NCBI GenBank assembly: GCA_013239625.1
Contig: MU056434.1
Location: forward strand, 1 to 64,000
Source: Lama guanicoe
Lineage: Eukaryota
DNA: 64,000 bases
Direction: 5' to 3'
Shown here: positions 15,992 to 64,000 of the stretch, in pieces
Numbering within the stretch: position 1 is the stretch's first letter
Layout of the letters: each line of letters starts with the position of its first letter
Notes under the pieces: model-generated
The model's database searches: none
Told to the model about the DNA's origin: nothing
The model's input: only the letters and a program-made list of their open reading frames with translations
Made by a program: the position numbers and the translations under genes

Positions 15992-16130
15992 CTTTTTTTA
16001 AAGGAACACATTTATTTATTTGGTGGGAGGAGAGCTAGATTTATTTATTTTAAAGAGGCGGTACTGGGGCTTGAACCCAGGACCCTGTCCATGCCCAGCT
16101 CGCGCTCTAACCACGGAGCTCCACCTCCCC
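15992..16130 (-). mobile_element. tRNA-derived SINE (Vic-1-like, diverged)
   Basis: Reverse complement of the same SINE head (GTACTGGGGCTTGAACCCAGGACC...GAGCTCCACCTCCCC). Confidence 0.78.
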
Positions 16131-16204
16131 ACAAGCGCATCTCTGTGCTCCGCGTGCAGCTCATTCTCACTGCTCACCCACGCGTGTGATCCCCGCCTGG
16201 TGTG

Positions 16205-16500
16205 CGGTGACTGTAGTTGTGATCTGTAGTTATGATTTGCATCTCTCTGATAATTAGTGATATACTGAGCGTTTTTTCACGTGCCTACTGGCCACCTGTA
16301 TGTCTTGTTTGGAGACGTCTCGGTTTAGGTGCTCTGCCCATTTTTTGGTTGGGTTTTTGTTACTGAGCTGTTGCCACGCTCTGGAAGTGAAGCCCTCGCA
16401 GGCGCAGGGGTGCAGATACCGTCTCCCGTTCCACAGGCCGTCTTTTCATTTTGTCCACGGTGTCCTTTCTGGTGCAGAAGCTTCTTTGTTTATACACGCT
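16205..16500 (-). mobile_element. L1 fragment
   Basis: GATTTGCATCTCTCTGATAATTAGTGAT...GGCCACCTGTATGTCTT...GTGCAGAAGCTT. Confidence 0.7.
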
Positions 16501-16930
16501 GCACTTGCGGAAGCTGAGTGTGTCTGTCGCCGACTCTGGAGCCCCACCGGGTGCCTGGAGCGACTCACTCACCTTCTTCTCCTTCACACTCTGCTCTTGG
16601 TTCAGACCTTCACTGACTCGCTTCCTCACCTGCGTCACACCTGCTGTTGACCCAACTCCAGGCGCCTCACTGCTAGATGTTCTGTGTCATCGCGTCTTTA
16701 GCTCCGGGTCCTTGGCTGGTGGCGGTGGGTGGGACCCTGGAGCCGACTTGGAGGGGAGGAGACGGGCGGACGGAGCCTGAGCGCGTTCAGGGAAGACGCA
16801 CATACTCTGGGCCCCTTGGGCCAGGCTGAGGCGCCCTGGCCCCGACCCACTGCCCGCAGCCTGTCCAGGAATCACCCCTCGGCTGGATGTGCATTGAGGA
16901 GTCGACACAAAACGCAGCGGGTTTTTTGTT

Positions 16931-16936
16931 TTTATT
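16931..16936 (-). terminator. PI4KA polyadenylation signal AATAAA
   Basis: TTTATT on the + strand about 265 nt past the PI4KA stop. Confidence 0.75.
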
Positions 16937-17201
16937 TCACTCACGTTGGTTGAATCTTAAGTTGAATATAATTTTTGTTTTTTATACACAAGAAAATACT
17001 TCATGTACCTCTGAAATGAGACCGGTAGGGAATGTGTCCAGTGCAAAAATCATCACATCCGAGCAGAGCCCGGCCCTGATTGTCGTCCCGGCCATGCGTG
17101 GGCGACACCGGGGGAGGCGGCGGGCCACCAGGCTCTGCAGGGCATGGTCCCGCGTGTCCCAGGCTGGGAGGTCAGCTGCGCGTGGCGCCTGGTCTGTGGG
17201 C

Positions 17202-64000
<46,799 letters not shown>

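Overview
GC-rich mammalian genomic DNA, probably a camelid (several tRNA-derived SINEs of the Vic-1 type), syntenic to human 22q11.2. It holds three protein-coding genes that I reconstructed exon by exon with phase checks. (1) TMEM191C-like: + strand, 10 exons, 8145-10292, 302 aa, inside a CpG island. (2) The 3' 42 exons of PI4KA: - strand, 17202 to beyond the window end, exons 14-55 by human numbering, about 1560 aa, intact kinase domain, last intron GC-AG. (3) The complete SERPIND1 (heparin cofactor II) gene: + strand, non-coding exon 1 plus 4 coding exons, 491 aa, nested antisense in PI4KA intron 19. The remainder is intron or intergenic DNA with SINEs, L1 fragments, hAT/Tigger DNA-transposon relics, an MLT1 LTR, MIRs, two ~90-bp tandem repeats, a TSD-flanked retrocopy of a tRNA-Gly(TCC) 5' half, and a 168-N assembly gap. 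I found no convincing new multi-gene system; the findings are local oddities. Comparisons with human proteins and repeat consensuses are from memory, not database searches.
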